From NCBI GenBank assembly GCA_041671225.1, contig JBAZBY010000001.1, positions 430,940-494,939 on the forward strand: a stretch of 64,000 nt of DNA. The letters are read 5' to 3'. Each line of letters opens with the position of its first letter. Positions within the stretch are counted from its first letter, which is position 1. This document shows, piece after piece, positions 1 through 12,100 of this stretch. The position numbers were made by a program, and so were the translations under genes. The notes below the pieces were generated by a model. The model was given only the letters and a program-made list of their open reading frames with translations. It was not told where the DNA came from and ran no database searches. Source of the stretch: Patescibacteria group bacterium. Lineage in GTDB: Bacteria; Patescibacteriota; Patescibacteriia; JBAZBY01.

Positions 1-1931
1 TAAGACGCGCAACAGCGTGCTTCTCCATGTATTCAGACATATCAATACGCACCATGGCTTGTTCGTCGGAGAAGAGGAACGCCGCAAGTGAACGCGCGAG
101 TTCTGTTTTTCCCACGCCAGTGGGCCCAAGAAAGATGAATGAACCAATGGGGCGGTTTTCTTCCTGAATACCCGCACGCGAGCGGCGCACCGCGTTCGAA
201 ACAGCCTTCACTGCTTCTTCTTGCCCAACGACGCGCTCTTGCAATACGTGTTCCATACGCGCCAGTTTGTCCTGTTCGCTTTCTAACATGCGCGTGACAG
301 GGATTCCCGTCCAACGCCCAACAATGCGGGCAATGTCCTCTTCAGTAACTTCTTCACGAAGAATAGGGTTGCCCTTTTGGAGCTTCTTCAGCTTTTCGCC
401 TAGCGTCTTCGTCTGTTTTTCGAGTTCAGGAATTTTTCCGTATTGGATTTCCGCAACTTTTTGCAATTCACCTGCGCGTTCGGCTACTTCTGCTTGTGCC
501 TTCAATTCATCGATCGTGTTGCGGCTTGTGCGGATTTCTTGCACGACAGCTTTTTCATTCTGCCATTGCTGCTCCAGCGCTCCAGCGCGTTCTTTGAGTT
601 CCGCAAGGACTTTTTCTGTTTCCTTCAGACGGTCTTTCTCCTTATTCTTCTTGAGCGCTTCCCGTTCCACCTCTCGGCGGCTGATCTTGCGGCGCAACTC
701 GTCAATTTCATGGGGCACAGAATCAATGTCCATCTTTAATGCGCTCGTTGCTTCATCAACAAGGTCAATGGCCTTGTCCGGCAAAAAGCGGTCCGCAATA
801 TAGCGGGTAGAAAGTTCCACAGCAGCGCGCAGCGCATCGTCAGTGATTTTCACGCCGTGGTGCACTTCGTACTTCTCTTTAATACCGCGCAAGATCGCAA
901 GCGTATCTTCTTCGCTTGGCTCGCCAACATAGACTGGCTGAAAGCGTCGCTCCAGAGCAGCATCCTTTTCAACATGTTGCTGATATTCTTTGAGCGTGGT
1001 TGCGCCGATCGCATGCAGCGTCCCGCGGGCAAGCGCTGGTTTGAGCATATTCGACGCATCAAGCGCGCCCTCTGCGCCGCCGGCACCAACGAGCGTATGC
1101 ATTTCATCAATAAAGAGAATGATGCTGCCCGCATGTTCTTCCACTTCTTTGAGCACGGCTTTGAGGCGGTCTTCAAATTCACCGCGATACTTTGCACCAG
1201 CGAGCATGCTGCCGAGGTCAAGCGAAATAATTTTTTTCTCCTTGAGTGTTTCGGGAACATCACCAGAAATGATTCGTTGCGCCAGACCCTCCGCGATCGC
1301 TGTTTTTCCGGTGCCGGGTTCTCCGATGAGTACGGGGTTATTCTTTGTGCGGCGCGAGAGCACCTGCATGACGCGGCGGATTTCTTCATCACGACCGATG
1401 ATAGGGTCGATCTTCCCGTTGCGCGCGAGCTGCGTGAGGTCTTGGCCGTATTTTTCAAGCGCATTCATGGTTGCTTCCGGGTTCTGGTCTGTAATTTTTT
1501 TATTGCCCCGGAGTGCTTTGACTGCAGCAGTGAAGTGCGCGGCATTCACGCCGTGCTGTTTTATGATATCTGCGGCGTGCCCGCCATTTTTTATAAGGGA
1601 GAGAAAAAGATGTTCCGTTGAAAGATATTCATCACCAAGATTTTTTGCTTCCAGCTCTGCCTTGGCGATCATTTTTGAAAGCTCTGCGCTCGCTCGCGGC
1701 TCTCCGCCTTCAACGCGGGGGATACGTTCAACCTCTTCAGCGATCGCCTCTTTCATTCCCACCACATCTGCTTCGAGTTTTTCCAATACCGCAATAACCA
1801 GATTGTCTGTCTGATTCAGCAATGCGAGTGCAACATGTGGAACGCCAAGCTCCTGTTGGTCTTTTTGGAGCATAAGGCGCTGCGCATCTGCAAGCACTTC
1901 CTGTGTTTTTTGGGTGTATTTCTCTGGATTC
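1..1931 (-). CDS. clpB: ClpB AAA+ disaggregase chaperone, N-terminal ~640 aa; 3' part cut by window start
   Basis: Own reverse-strand translation from ATG (plus 1929-1931): [18 protein letters not shown]... Walker A motifs GEPGTGKT and GPTGVGKT, coiled-coil middle domain, [16 protein letters not shown] motif at position 1. The ORF runs off the window edge, so it is absent from the ORF track. Confidence 0.93.
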
Positions 1932-2017
1932 ATATAAGAATATTCTTGCGATTACGCATTGTACTGAAAAACTCTTGACTTGTCAAGTCATGACCATACG
2001 TTCCTTATAGAACAATC

Positions 2018-3313
2018 TTATTCTTCGCCCCAGTCTACGTCATCAGGAGTGGTGGAGCGCTTTTCCTGCGCGCTCGCAACGCGACGAAGCGCAATTACGA
2101 ATGCCGCTTCACGCAGCGTGATTTTCTTCTCCTGCGCCAAGTCCCATACCTGATTAAACTGCGGACGAATGATTTTTTCTACGTTTGCAAAAACTTTTTG
2201 CTCGCTCCATATCTCCCGCGTGCGTCCCTGCACCCATTCAAAGTACGAGCCGATCACGCCGCCAGAGTTTGCAAGAATATCCGGCACAACGATGATTCCT
2301 TTCTTGGAGAGTTTTGCGTCCGCGTCAGGTGTTGTTGGGCCGTTTGCCATTTCAACAATTGCTTTTGCTTTGATGCGACCGGCATTCTTTTTTGTTATGA
2401 CATCTTCCAGCGCAGAGGGAATCAAGAGATCAACATCAAGCTCCAGCAGTTTTTCATTTGAAATTTTTGTGAAGTTTTTATTGTCACATACCGTGCCCAC
2501 GCAATACACGCCAGAGATCATGCCGTCTTCGCGCTTTTTATGCATGACATGTTCCGGATCCATGCTTTTGCCATTCTTTGCGTAGATGGCTCCTTGTGAA
2601 TCTGAGAGTGCGGCAATGTTGTATCCGGCTTCGTAGAGGTACTTCGCAATATAGTAACCAACGTTTCCAAAACCTTGCACCGCAACACGTGTTTTTTTTG
2701 GTGTGTGCTTCAGGCGCTTCATCAACTCATCAATAATATAGAATCCACCTAATGAGGTGGACGTTTTGCGTCCAGCAGAGCCATGAAGTTCAAGTGGCTT
2801 GCCTGTGAATGCCGCGGGCTCCCAATGGCCAGCGAGCTTGGAATATTCATCCACCATCCATGCCATGATTTTTGGGTTGGTATAGACGTCCGGCGCGGGT
2901 ACGTCTTCATCAGGACCGATGTTTGGGAAGAGCACGCGCACGTATCCGCGAGAGAGGCGTTCAAGTTCGCCCTCAGAAAGTTTCTTCGGGTCAACAATAA
3001 CACCGCCCTTGCCGCCGCCAAAAGGAATATTCGCAACAGCGCACTTCCATGTCATCCAACTCGAGAGCGCCTTCACTTCATTGAGGTTCACTTTTGGGTG
3101 AAAACGTATGCCGCCTTTGAATGGCCCGCGCGCGTTGTTGTATTGCACGCGGAATCCCTCAAATATTTTTACCCTGCCATCATCCATGCGCACTGGCACG
3201 GAAAGCATGAGAATGCGTTTGGGTGCAAGAAATCGCGCAAACGTATGTGCATCAATTTGCGCGGTCTTTTGAGCCTGTTTGAGCTGTGAAAGCGAATCCT
3301 GAAATGCAGGCAT
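2018..3313 (-). CDS. gdhA: Glu/Leu/Phe/Val-family (glutamate) dehydrogenase
   Basis: 431 aa. Catalytic glycine-rich motif IPFGGGKGG and Rossmann motif GFGNVG typical of glutamate dehydrogenases. Confidence 0.9.
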   Translation of the reverse strand: MPAFQDSLSQLKQAQKTAQIDAHTFARFLAPKRILMLSVPVRMDDGRVKIFEGFRVQYNNARGPFKGGIRFHPKVNLNEVKALSSWMTWKCAVANIPFGGGKGGVIVDPKKLSEGELERLSRGYVRVLFPNIGPDEDVPAPDVYTNPKIMAWMVDEYSKLAGHWEPAAFTGKPLELHGSAGRKTSTSLGGFYIIDELMKRLKHTPKKTRVAVQGFGNVGYYIAKYLYEAGYNIAALSDSQGAIYAKNGKSMDPEHVMHKKREDGMISGVYCVGTVCDNKNFTKISNEKLLELDVDLLIPSALEDVITKKNAGRIKAKAIVEMANGPTTPDADAKLSKKGIIVVPDILANSGGVIGSYFEWVQGRTREIWSEQKVFANVEKIIRPQFNQVWDLAQEKKITLREAAFVIALRRVASAQEKRSTTPDDVDWGEE

Positions 3314-3351
3314 GAACGTTTTTTAAGCGCCGCCTCCGGCGAGATCCTTAG

Positions 3352-3675
3352 TTACCCGAGCGCCTTGGTAATTTGTTCTGCCATGGTGCTCTTTTCCTGC
3401 ACACCAACAGCTTGCCAAACTATTTTGCCATCCTTGAAGAGCGCAATCGTTGGAATAGACATCACGCCATACTGTTGCGGGTGCTGCGGGTGAGCATCAA
3501 CTTCAATTTTTGCGACTTTGGCTTTGCCAGCAAATTCCTCTGCCAATTCCTCAACAATAGGGCCCTGAATTCGACATGGGCCACACCATTCTGCCCAAAA
3601 ATCGACCAGCACTGGCTGTGCATTCTTTAATACCTCTTCTTCAAAGTTTGCGTCAGTAAGTATTACTTCTGCCAT
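3352..3675 (-). CDS. trxA: thioredoxin
   Basis: 107 aa with WCGPC active site and thioredoxin-fold length. Confidence 0.92.
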   Translation of the reverse strand: MAEVILTDANFEEEVLKNAQPVLVDFWAEWCGPCRIQGPIVEELAEEFAGKAKVAKIEVDAHPQHPQQYGVMSIPTIALFKDGKIVWQAVGVQEKSTMAEQITKALG

Positions 3676-3764
3676 ACATTTAAACGTTTAATTAAACACT
3701 TAACAATCAAGACTCCACTGTACTCTCGCATAGTAACCCTGTCAAGCCTTTGCGTCAATCCAAC

Positions 3765-4853
3765 TTATCCTGCCCAGTATCCGTTCACAAAAAGAAGCGT
3801 ATACAGCGCAAGCAATAAGATCGAAGCAAACGCAATGCCAAGTTTTATATACGCGTTGTGAATCATCGCAACCGCAATGAAGATTGGGAACAACACCAAC
3901 ACAAACCGTCCTATTGAAAGGAGTGTTCCGGTTGCAAGCGCGAGTGTAAGCATCGCAAGCATGTAGATGCCATATGAAAGTCTAACCTTCCATATCACAA
4001 AAATTGCAGCCGCAATTCCGATAAGCAAAAAGAAAATATCCATCGCAAGATTTATTCCGCCTGCAGATGAGATGATCGCAAAGTGGCTTGAGTTAACCTC
4101 AAGCGCGCGTCCCCATGCATCTTCAACCTTAAAGAATGCAAAAAAGTCTCCATACCACAATGCGTGGAATGAAAAATAAATGAGCGGGGCAAAAAGAGGA
4201 AGAAACAATGCCGGGAAGGCATGCAGTGGTTTTTTTTCAGACCGCAGATATTCAATCGCAAGTGGAATCATAAGAAGAAATCCAGGCGAACGCGTAAACG
4301 CGGCGAGCACACCAATAAGTCCCGCAAGTGCAAAGCTCTGTTTGCGTGCATAATACAATGAGGCAACGCTTAAAAAAAGAAATAGCGCTTCTGTGTACAC
4401 AACATTAAGAAAAAATGCCGTAGGGAATATCAACAGGAAAGCGATCACGAGCGTTGGTGAAACTCCAGGATGGAATTCATCCACGAGCTTTTTGATATAA
4501 TAGAGCGCAAAAAAAAGTGAAAAAATAGAAATCAACCACCCGGCAAGCGCATAGTTCCCAAAAAGAACAGGTGCGGAAATACGCATGAGCATGGGGTAGA
4601 GTGGGAAAAAAGCGATATTTGAAAGCCCCTCACCGTTGTAGTTATATCCGTGCTCTGCAATAAAAAGATAAAAAGCACTATCCCATTGCGTGTGGAGTGA
4701 AATGGGGTCCCATGTCTGTTTTTGTGTGTAGGTTTCTGGAGTCTGCCATGTATATGCACTATCTCCTGTGAGGTAAATGCGGTTATTCGCAATGAGTGCG
4801 AATACATTTACAAAAATTAACCAAATTGCAAATATTATTATGACTTTTTTCAT
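3765..4853 (-). CDS. polytopic membrane protein, putative GT-C type glycosyl/mannosyltransferase (DUF2029/PMT-like); family tentative
   Basis: 362 aa, about 10 hydrophobic helices with aromatic-rich loops. No soluble domain. Confidence 0.5.
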   Translation of the reverse strand: MKKVIIIFAIWLIFVNVFALIANNRIYLTGDSAYTWQTPETYTQKQTWDPISLHTQWDSAFYLFIAEHGYNYNGEGLSNIAFFPLYPMLMRISAPVLFGNYALAGWLISIFSLFFALYYIKKLVDEFHPGVSPTLVIAFLLIFPTAFFLNVVYTEALFLFLSVASLYYARKQSFALAGLIGVLAAFTRSPGFLLMIPLAIEYLRSEKKPLHAFPALFLPLFAPLIYFSFHALWYGDFFAFFKVEDAWGRALEVNSSHFAIISSAGGINLAMDIFFLLIGIAAAIFVIWKVRLSYGIYMLAMLTLALATGTLLSIGRFVLVLFPIFIAVAMIHNAYIKLGIAFASILLLALYTLLFVNGYWAG

Positions 4854-4919
4854 TGGTCTATTTTACCGCTTTCCTACTAGATAGCACAGGATTGTTCCAC
4901 GTGGAACACCCTGGCTACG

Positions 4920-5450
4920 CTAACGTAGCCAGGGTAATTTCTTCTGGGGATAGCCGAAGAGCACTTGAAGAACCGCGCCAACCACTAGAAGGATCGGATT
5001 CCGCGTCCACCACTGTATGGACTTTCTATAGAAGCCAATCCAACCGATATCACGCCGCAAGGGCCTGAAACCTTCCTTGCGTGTAAGAGAAACGCACTTG
5101 CCGAGCTGCAGAAATGGCTGAGCCACTGGTATAACCTCTGTAACGTGCAGTTTTCTCAGGAATTCAGCAGCCTGGGCCATAACCTCGTTGCTGTCGAGGT
5201 ATTTTCCAGGAATGTGATGTTCCCTTACGATGAGATCAGGTGGAAATAGCATAGCGGCCGCAACTTCCCATTGAGCAATCACAATGGGTCTCTTACCCGT
5301 AAGCATAAGCTCCTGAGCGATGATTCTCTCAGCCGCACGCGCGAGGCGCCTGTTGCAGCGATTTGGTTCTTCACTGGAAAGGGCAAAGGAAAAAACAACA
5401 ATCCCTCTTCTCACGGTATCCTCCTTGTTGTTGATTCCGTGTAGACCCAT
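4920..5450 (-). CDS. DUF218/YdcF-SanA-like protein (tentative)
   Basis: ORF-track ORF 4920..5546 trimmed to the internal Met (MGLHGINN...) because its upstream 96 nt overlap tRNA-Ala. GIVVFSF...GKYLDSNE resembles the DUF218 Rossmann-like fold. No clear SD. Confidence 0.45.
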   Translation of the reverse strand: MGLHGINNKEDTVRRGIVVFSFALSSEEPNRCNRRLARAAERIIAQELMLTGKRPIVIAQWEVAAAMLFPPDLIVREHHIPGKYLDSNEVMAQAAEFLRKLHVTEVIPVAQPFLQLGKCVSLTRKEGFRPLRRDIGWIGFYRKSIQWWTRNPILLVVGAVLQVLFGYPQKKLPWLR

Positions 5451-5490
5451 CCTACTCCATTTATGAATATTGGAAAGATGCTTGAATACA

Positions 5491-5517
5491 AAAAACACCA
5501 CAATATATGGTGTTTTT
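5491..5517 (-). terminator. rho-independent-like hairpin (AACACCA/TGGTGTT) flanked by A/T runs, immediately 3' of the minus-strand tRNA cluster
   Basis: aaaaacaccacaatatatggtgtttttt seen directly. Bidirectional geometry. Confidence 0.6.
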
Positions 5518-5593
5518 TGGTGGACCTGTGGGGACTCGAACCCCATACCTCGGCAATGCGAATGCCGCGCTCTACCAGATGAGCTACAGGCCC
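5518..5593 (-). tRNA. tRNA-Ala (anticodon CGC)
   Basis: Reverse complement GGGCCTGTAGCTCATCTGGTAGAGCGCGGCATTCGCATTGCCGAGGTATGGGGTTCGAGTCCCCACAGGTCCACCA folds as a cloverleaf with G3:U70 Ala identity pair and encoded CCA. Confidence 0.9.
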
Positions 5594-5646
5594 ATAATGG
5601 GCTTCGGCCAGAGGCCGAGATCTTTGCAATACCAGTCCTTGGTTGG

Positions 5647-5722
5647 TGGTGGACCTGCGGGGACTCGAACCCCGTACCTCTTCCATGCCATGGAAGCGCT
5701 CTACCAGATGAGCTACAGGCCC
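5647..5722 (-). tRNA. tRNA-Ala (anticodon GGC)
   Basis: Reverse complement GGGCCTGTAGCTCATCTGGTAGAGCGCTTCCATGGCATGGAAGAGGTACGGGGTTCGAGTCCCCGCAGGTCCACCA. Anticodon loop ATGGCAT, G3:U70, CCA encoded. Confidence 0.9.
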
Positions 5723-5725
5723 TTG

Positions 5726-5801
5726 TGGTGCCCCCGCCAGGAATTGAACCTAGATCTCGACCTTAGGAGTGTCTTGCTCTATCCAATTGAGCTACGGGGG
5801 C
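5726..5801 (-). tRNA. tRNA-Arg (anticodon CCT), anticodon stem only 3 bp Watson-Crick
   Basis: Reverse complement GCCCCCGTAGCTCAATTGGATAGAGCAAGACACTCCTAAGGTCGAGATCTAGGTTCAATTCCTGGCGGGGGCACCA. Good acceptor, D and T arms; loop CTCCTAA; anticodon stem AGACA/GGTCG has A-G mismatches at both ends. Confidence 0.6.
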
Positions 5802-5880
5802 AAGTGCCACCTTTGAATCTAGGGGCTACGGAATAAACATTGTTCCATGTAGAACATTAAATATCGCTAATATTAGCTAA

Positions 5881-6021
5881 TTATATGCTCAATTTTGCCG
5901 CGACGTCCGTAAGAAAGCCTGAATTTTGCTCTAGAAAATAGAGCAAAACATAGGCACCTACGATAAAAAAACTAAGAATAGAGACAAGAATAAGATCCTT
6001 TTTTAAGTATTGCATATTCAT
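5881..6021 (-). CDS. hypothetical 47-aa small membrane protein (MNMQYLKKDLILVSILSFFIVGAYVLLYFLEQNSGFLTDVAAKLSI)
   Basis: Own translation of the minus strand. One hydrophobic helix, no SD. Below the ORF-track size cut-off. Confidence 0.25.
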   Translation of the reverse strand: MNMQYLKKDLILVSILSFFIVGAYVLLYFLEQNSGFLTDVAAKLSI

Positions 6022-6064
6022 AAAAAAAAATAGAGCATGCGTAGTTTACAGCATAATGTCAGCA

Positions 6065-6093
6065 TTGACAAGAAGCTAAAAATAAAGTATAAT
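6065..6093 (+). promoter_or_regulatory. sigma70-type promoter TTGACA-17-TATAAT upstream of giant gene 1
   Basis: ttgacaagaagctaaaaataaagtataat; perfect consensus hexamers with 17-nt spacer. Confidence 0.6.
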
Positions 6094-6138
6094 AGAATGG
6101 CAAAAGTAGTGCAAAGCCCCTCAAAATAAAGGGATTTT

Positions 6139-9100
6139 GTGATATTTTTTGTAAAAATCAAAAAAATGAATTGGGCAGCAATGTTTAGACACCTTAAGGA
6201 GCAGCGCGACGCTTGCCTTGCGCGGGCTCAGGCAGGCGGACTATTTGTTAAGGCAATAGGATATATTGCCTGTTTTGTGTTGGACATTGTGCTTGTGTTC
6301 GCGCTCATTCCTTTTTCAATAACCGCATCGCCAACCGCTAGCTTTCAACGCGTTGCACGCTTTTCACCGGATAAAGGATTCATTGATTCATATGACAAGC
6401 ATTTAAAGTATTACCGCGCATCCGTCGGTACGGCATTACTTGCAGGTGTTGGCGTTTCTTTGCAGATCATTTTTGCGCTCGCAACGTTCGGCATTCTTTC
6501 TTTCAGTAATCCAACGCAGGTTAACGCTGTTGATGGACGGATGCTCGCCTTTTGGGATGCCAGCGGCCCAGTACCAGCTGGATGGAGCTGTCAGTCCTGC
6601 GGTTCAGGAGATTTCTACCAGAAGTTCCCCCGTGGCGCTGCAACATATGGCGGAACAGGCGGCGGTACAACGCATACCCATGCCATGTCATATCTTTCAA
6701 TGTCCGGAACCATCAGCAGCCCTCTTTCATTGATTGGTGGTGCGGTAGTACAAGCATCGAAATTGCACACGCATACCTATATCTACGACCAAACAATGAA
6801 TGCGGGAACGTCATTGCCTCCATATCGGGATATGGAGGTCATCCGATATGACACCACCGGCGCTCCTGCCACTATTCCTGCCGGGGTCATTTTAATGTTT
6901 GATGCTGCACCCTCAGGATCATGGACCAGGTATACCGATCAGGACGGAAGTTTCATTTATGGAGAAAATGACGTCACAGGAACTGGCGGCTCAGAAACCC
7001 ATAATCATACCAATGTTGGGTATACTGTTGATGCATCCGCCGGTAATGCAGGTATTGAACTTGGCGATGGTCTGGGCGCCGGTTCTTTTGATGCACACAC
7101 CCATACCGTATCCGGAGCAACGACAAATACCGTATCTACGTTGCCGCCATATCTTGATGTGTTGCTGTATAAAGCAACAGGAGAAACCGCACTTCCTGAC
7201 GGCGCCATTGCCATGTGGGATGATACGCCAGCGGATGCTGCTTGGACCGTGAACTCTGGAGCAAGCCAGCTATTCAATGAAAAATTCCTTCGCGGCAATT
7301 CCAGCTACACCGGCATTGCTGCAGGCTCCGCAACACACGGACACTCGAATCTTGCCAGTGTGACCAGTGGTCCTTCCGGCGGGGCAAACAATGCGGGTTC
7401 TGGGACAAAGTCGGGGGCGAGTTATTCTCATACACATTCCATTTCAGTCACCATCGGCGCGGCAACGAATTATCTGCCGCCGTACCGCGATGTCATCATT
7501 GCACAGTACTCGACGGACATCACTATCTCCGGCACGATTCGTCAGTCGAACGAAAGTACGGCCTACGACTGTTCGGCGAACAACTTGACAGTCAACGTGA
7601 GCGTCAATGGTGGCGCGAACTCGACCGCAACATGCACGGCAGCTGATGGGTCGTTCTCCGTAAGTGCATCGCAACCATCCTCCGCGGGTGACCCAATCGT
7701 TGTCTCGGTCGATAGTGGTGAGTCGGTGCAAGCGACGACCGTTACGCTCGCGGCAGACACGACGTCCGCCATCACCGATCTCGACCTGTACGAAAATCGA
7801 CTCATCGTCCGCCACGAGGATGCGGGCCCGATAACGAACGCGAAGCTCGCAACAGGGGATAACGGCGACGCGGGAATCCGCTACGGCGTTGCGTCGAGCA
7901 ACCTCACCGTGGATAACAATATTGAACTGCACGTCTGGACCGGTGATACATTCATCCCCGGTGGTATAGTGACGACGCAGGGTTCGGCGGATTTTCATAT
8001 TGACGATAGCGCGACTGCGACACTTGCGACGACGGGCAATACCATCGCGGGAGATGCGGTGGTCGACACCGGAGCAACACTGAACCTTAACGCGAACACA
8101 ACCATCGACGGTGGAGCCATCGCCACTGCCGGCACTGGGACGGTTGCAACGAGCGGGACACCAACCGTCACCTTGCACGGGACGGGAAGCATTGGCGGTG
8201 GGAGCGGGGCAATCGCTTTCTATAACCTCACCATCGGAGACGCATCGGCAGCCGCGACGACGATGGATAGTGACGTCAGCATTGCGAACGTCCTCAACGT
8301 CGACACGAGTGACAGTATGACGATTGCCGCAAGTAAGACCGTGACGCTCGGCGCGAGCGCCACCGTCACGCTGAACGGCTCCATCCTCGGTGACGGCCGC
8401 TTGATCTATGCGAATATCAGTACCACATTCCCAACGAGCGGCATCATCTCCTCCGTGCTGCGTTTCGACAGCAGCAGTGGCAATATCACGATTCCTGCGC
8501 GCACGTACGGCGGCGACGTTGAGCTATATAGCAATTCAGGGACGATCCGCATAGCGCCGATCGGCACTGCGCCCGGGCAGACCATTACAATCGGTGGCGA
8601 CTACATCATCATTGCAGACGGCACCGCAGATATATATTCCAACAATTTGACCTACGCCCCGATAATGTTGATTACCGGCGGCATCGACTTCACGGGTATT
8701 GGGAGCGGCACAGAGCGTATTGAGGGCGGGACGAGCAACTGGACGATTACCGGCGGCATCGACTTCACAGGTGGCAGCTGCGGATGTACCACGTCGGACT
8801 TCACGTTCAATGGGGGCGGGACACTGAACTTCGCATCTAACACGGTCGATGACCTCACCATCACAGGAACATACACCGTCACCTCGGGGAGTCTCGCAGG
8901 AGTGAACGGGACGCTCGATCTCACCGGAAGTACGACAACGCTGACGAACACCACCATCTGGATGAGGGGATCTACTGGCACCATCATCGGCGCGGGCAAT
9001 GCGTTCAGCACGCTGTCCATCGGCAACGGCTCGGACATCATCACCGTTGCTGATTCGGATTTTTCCGTGACGGCGAATTTAAATATATTGTTTGCGACGG

Positions 9101-12100
9101 ATACTCTCTCTATTGGTGCTGGGCGAACCGTGACACTTTCAGGAACGCTGACTATGCCTGGGACCATTTCCGGTGAGGGGCGGCTGACATATCAGAATGC
9201 TGCCGCATTCCCGACCACCGGGACGATATCCTCCATCCTGCGCTTTGACGCGACGAACAACGACCAGACGATGAGCACCCGGGTGTATTCCGGTGCGGTG
9301 GAGATCGTGAACTCCTCGGATGCCGCGGCACGAACCGTGACCATGAGCGCTGGTGACACATACTTCCTGAGCGATCTGACGCTTGCAGCGAACGGAACGC
9401 AGAATGTGACGCTGAATGCTGCGACGAACAGCGCCACTCCATCCGTTGGGGGCAATATTGATTTCAATGGTACAGGAGCAGGGACGGAGATCATTGTGAG
9501 TGGTGCTCAGCAGTGGGTTGTTACAGGCGACGTCGATTTCACCGGAGGGACGTACACTGCGAGTGCTGGGAACACCTTCGCTATGGATGGTATTGGGAAG
9601 GTACTCACTTCAGCTGGCACGACCTTCCAGCATTTCGCGCCATACGGTGACATCACCCTCGCCGATGCGCTGGTGGTTGCCGGGGACGTGACTGCCGCAG
9701 GGAACTTTGACGCCGCGGGCAAAGCGATCACTGTGAGCGGGAGCTGGGATGGTAGCGCCGGTGCATTCACTCCTAATGGTAACATCGTCACATTTGATGC
9801 GACTGCTGCAGGTAAGACCATCATCACCGGTGGCTCGTCGTTCTACGATGTTGATTTCAACAGTGCGAGCGGCGGGTGGACCGTGCAGACCGATGACATG
9901 GTGACGCATGACCTCACACTGACTGACGCAGCGAGTTTCACGCTTGAAAGCGGCCGCACGCTCACCGTGCAAGGCAACTTCACCAACAGCGTCCCGAGCA
10001 CAACAACCTGGACCGGCACCACGTTGTATTTGAACGGCAGCGGTGGGTTGCAGACCATCAACACCAAGGGCAGCGGTGACACGTACGCGACACTGCGGAT
10101 CGGCGCGAGCGAAGACATTGCGATGTGGGATTCCAGCGCCGGGACAGTGACCACTGACGCCGGCGGTTGTCTGCTCTCGCAAGATGATGCAGGGACGGCC
10201 GGACGCCTGAACATCTACGGCACCTGTAACTCACGTGCGAACGAGTATTGGGCGTATGCGACGGATTTTGACGGGACGGCGCTCGGCGGCGCATCGCGGC
10301 AGGCAGACGTGCGCTTTGCAGACGGCGCGAGCTTCACCGTGGATGCAGGGGACACGCTCCAGGTTCTTGGCCAGAGCGCGAGCGCAAACCGCACGGCCAT
10401 TACACGGCAAAGCACTGGCAATTATGGCGTGAGCGTTGACGGAACGCTGTCCGCGCAGTATTACGATTTTGATTATTTGAATGCAAGCGGACTGAACATC
10501 ACATCCACAGCAACCGTGAGCGAACTTTCCGACGGGAGTTATGACAACAATGCTGCCGGCGCTTCGTCCGCCTATATAACGGTTACCGGTAACACATCAG
10601 CCACCACCTTCACCAATATCGTTTTTGATTCTGCTGGCGACGGCGCTGATGCGAACGTCGTCTATAACGTGAACGCTGACGGCAGCGGCATTGACTGGAC
10701 CTTTCTTGCAGCAGCAGGAAATAAGAACGGCGAAAGCTTTGACCGCGAGGTCAATGGCGCCAGCGTTGTGTGGACGGAAATATTCACCGCAGTGAATGAC
10801 GGCCTGACTGGCGATGCTGACTTTTCCAATGACACTGACACCCTTTCTGCCAATTGGGCCATGGATGATGAGACCGGCATCGACCACTACGAATATGCCT
10901 TTGGCACAACCCAAGGCGGAACCGATGTCGTGAACTTTACGAATGCAGGGCTTGCCACGGTTGCAACGGAAAACAACCTTGCGTTGGTGGATGGCACAAC
11001 GTATTACGCGACCATCCGTGCGATCAACGCCGGGGACGACGTGATGGAAGAAGCATCCAGTAATGGCGTGGTGGTGGACACGGCAGCTGCAACATTCTCC
11101 AATATTCAAGATTCCGCAACCACAACAACCATCACCATCACCTGGGACAGCTCAGAAGGGACCACAACCCAGGTTCGTTATGGAATCACGGCCGGGTATG
11201 GCAGTGCAACGATAGCAGACCCCGCTTTGCTCACCGAGCACAGCGCGACCATCAGCGGGCTCAATGAAGACACCACATATCATTACCAGTTGGTCGGCGT
11301 TGACCGCGCAGGCAATGAAACAACATCTGCAGACCGCACCATTGTAACAGATGGCCTTGACCCCACGGTCATCACCAACACGCAATCCACTGTACTTTCA
11401 TCCACATCGGTTCTCATCACGTGGGACACCAACCACCTTGCGGACTCCAAGGTGCGGTATGGGCTCACCACCGCATACGGCCTTGAGGAATACGATGCGA
11501 CGCTCGTTACCAGCCACTCCATGACGCTCACCGGGCTTGAACCCGGAGTGCAGTATCATTACGAAGTGCTTTCCGTGGGCAATACCAGCACGAACGATGC
11601 CGATGCGACATTCATCACCGATGCAGAAGAACCAGAACCAGAGCCTGAACCAGAGGATGAACTGACTCCAGTTGAAAATGTTGAACTCAATGGCGAGGCA
11701 GCACAAACCGGAGATGATTTCAATCTCATCTTTATTCCCAAATCAGGAACTCTTATCTTTATCGGTACCGCAGAGTCGAATGCAACCGTTCGCATTCGTC
11801 TTGATGGATTCTACACGGCCAGCACCACATCAGATGCAGATGGAAATTGGGAGATCATCATCAGCGTAAAAAGCACTCCATTGGAATTTGGCGAACACAT
11901 TGCTGAAGCCCGTGTGCTGAAGAACGGACACAGCACGTCATACGAGCGCATTGCGGAATTCCAGTTGACGTCGGAGCGGTACCTCGCCTCCCCGACTATT
12001 CTTTCACCCGAAGAAGATGAGATTGTTATCTCACTGCGACCCCTTATTACCGGGCTCGCAGAATCAGGCAGCATCATTCATTTCTATATTGATAACGTCT

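Noticed and set aside
4920-5546. Full-length 208-aa version of the DUF218-like ORF
   Set aside because: Its first 32 codons overlap tRNA-Ala(CGC) and the terminator hairpin. It was trimmed to the internal Met at 5450.
5470-5836. ORF-track plus-strand ORFs 5470..5766 and 5507..5836, and minus ORF 5411..5686
   Set aside because: They lie entirely across three well-folding tRNA genes. Translations are low-complexity and have no start signals.
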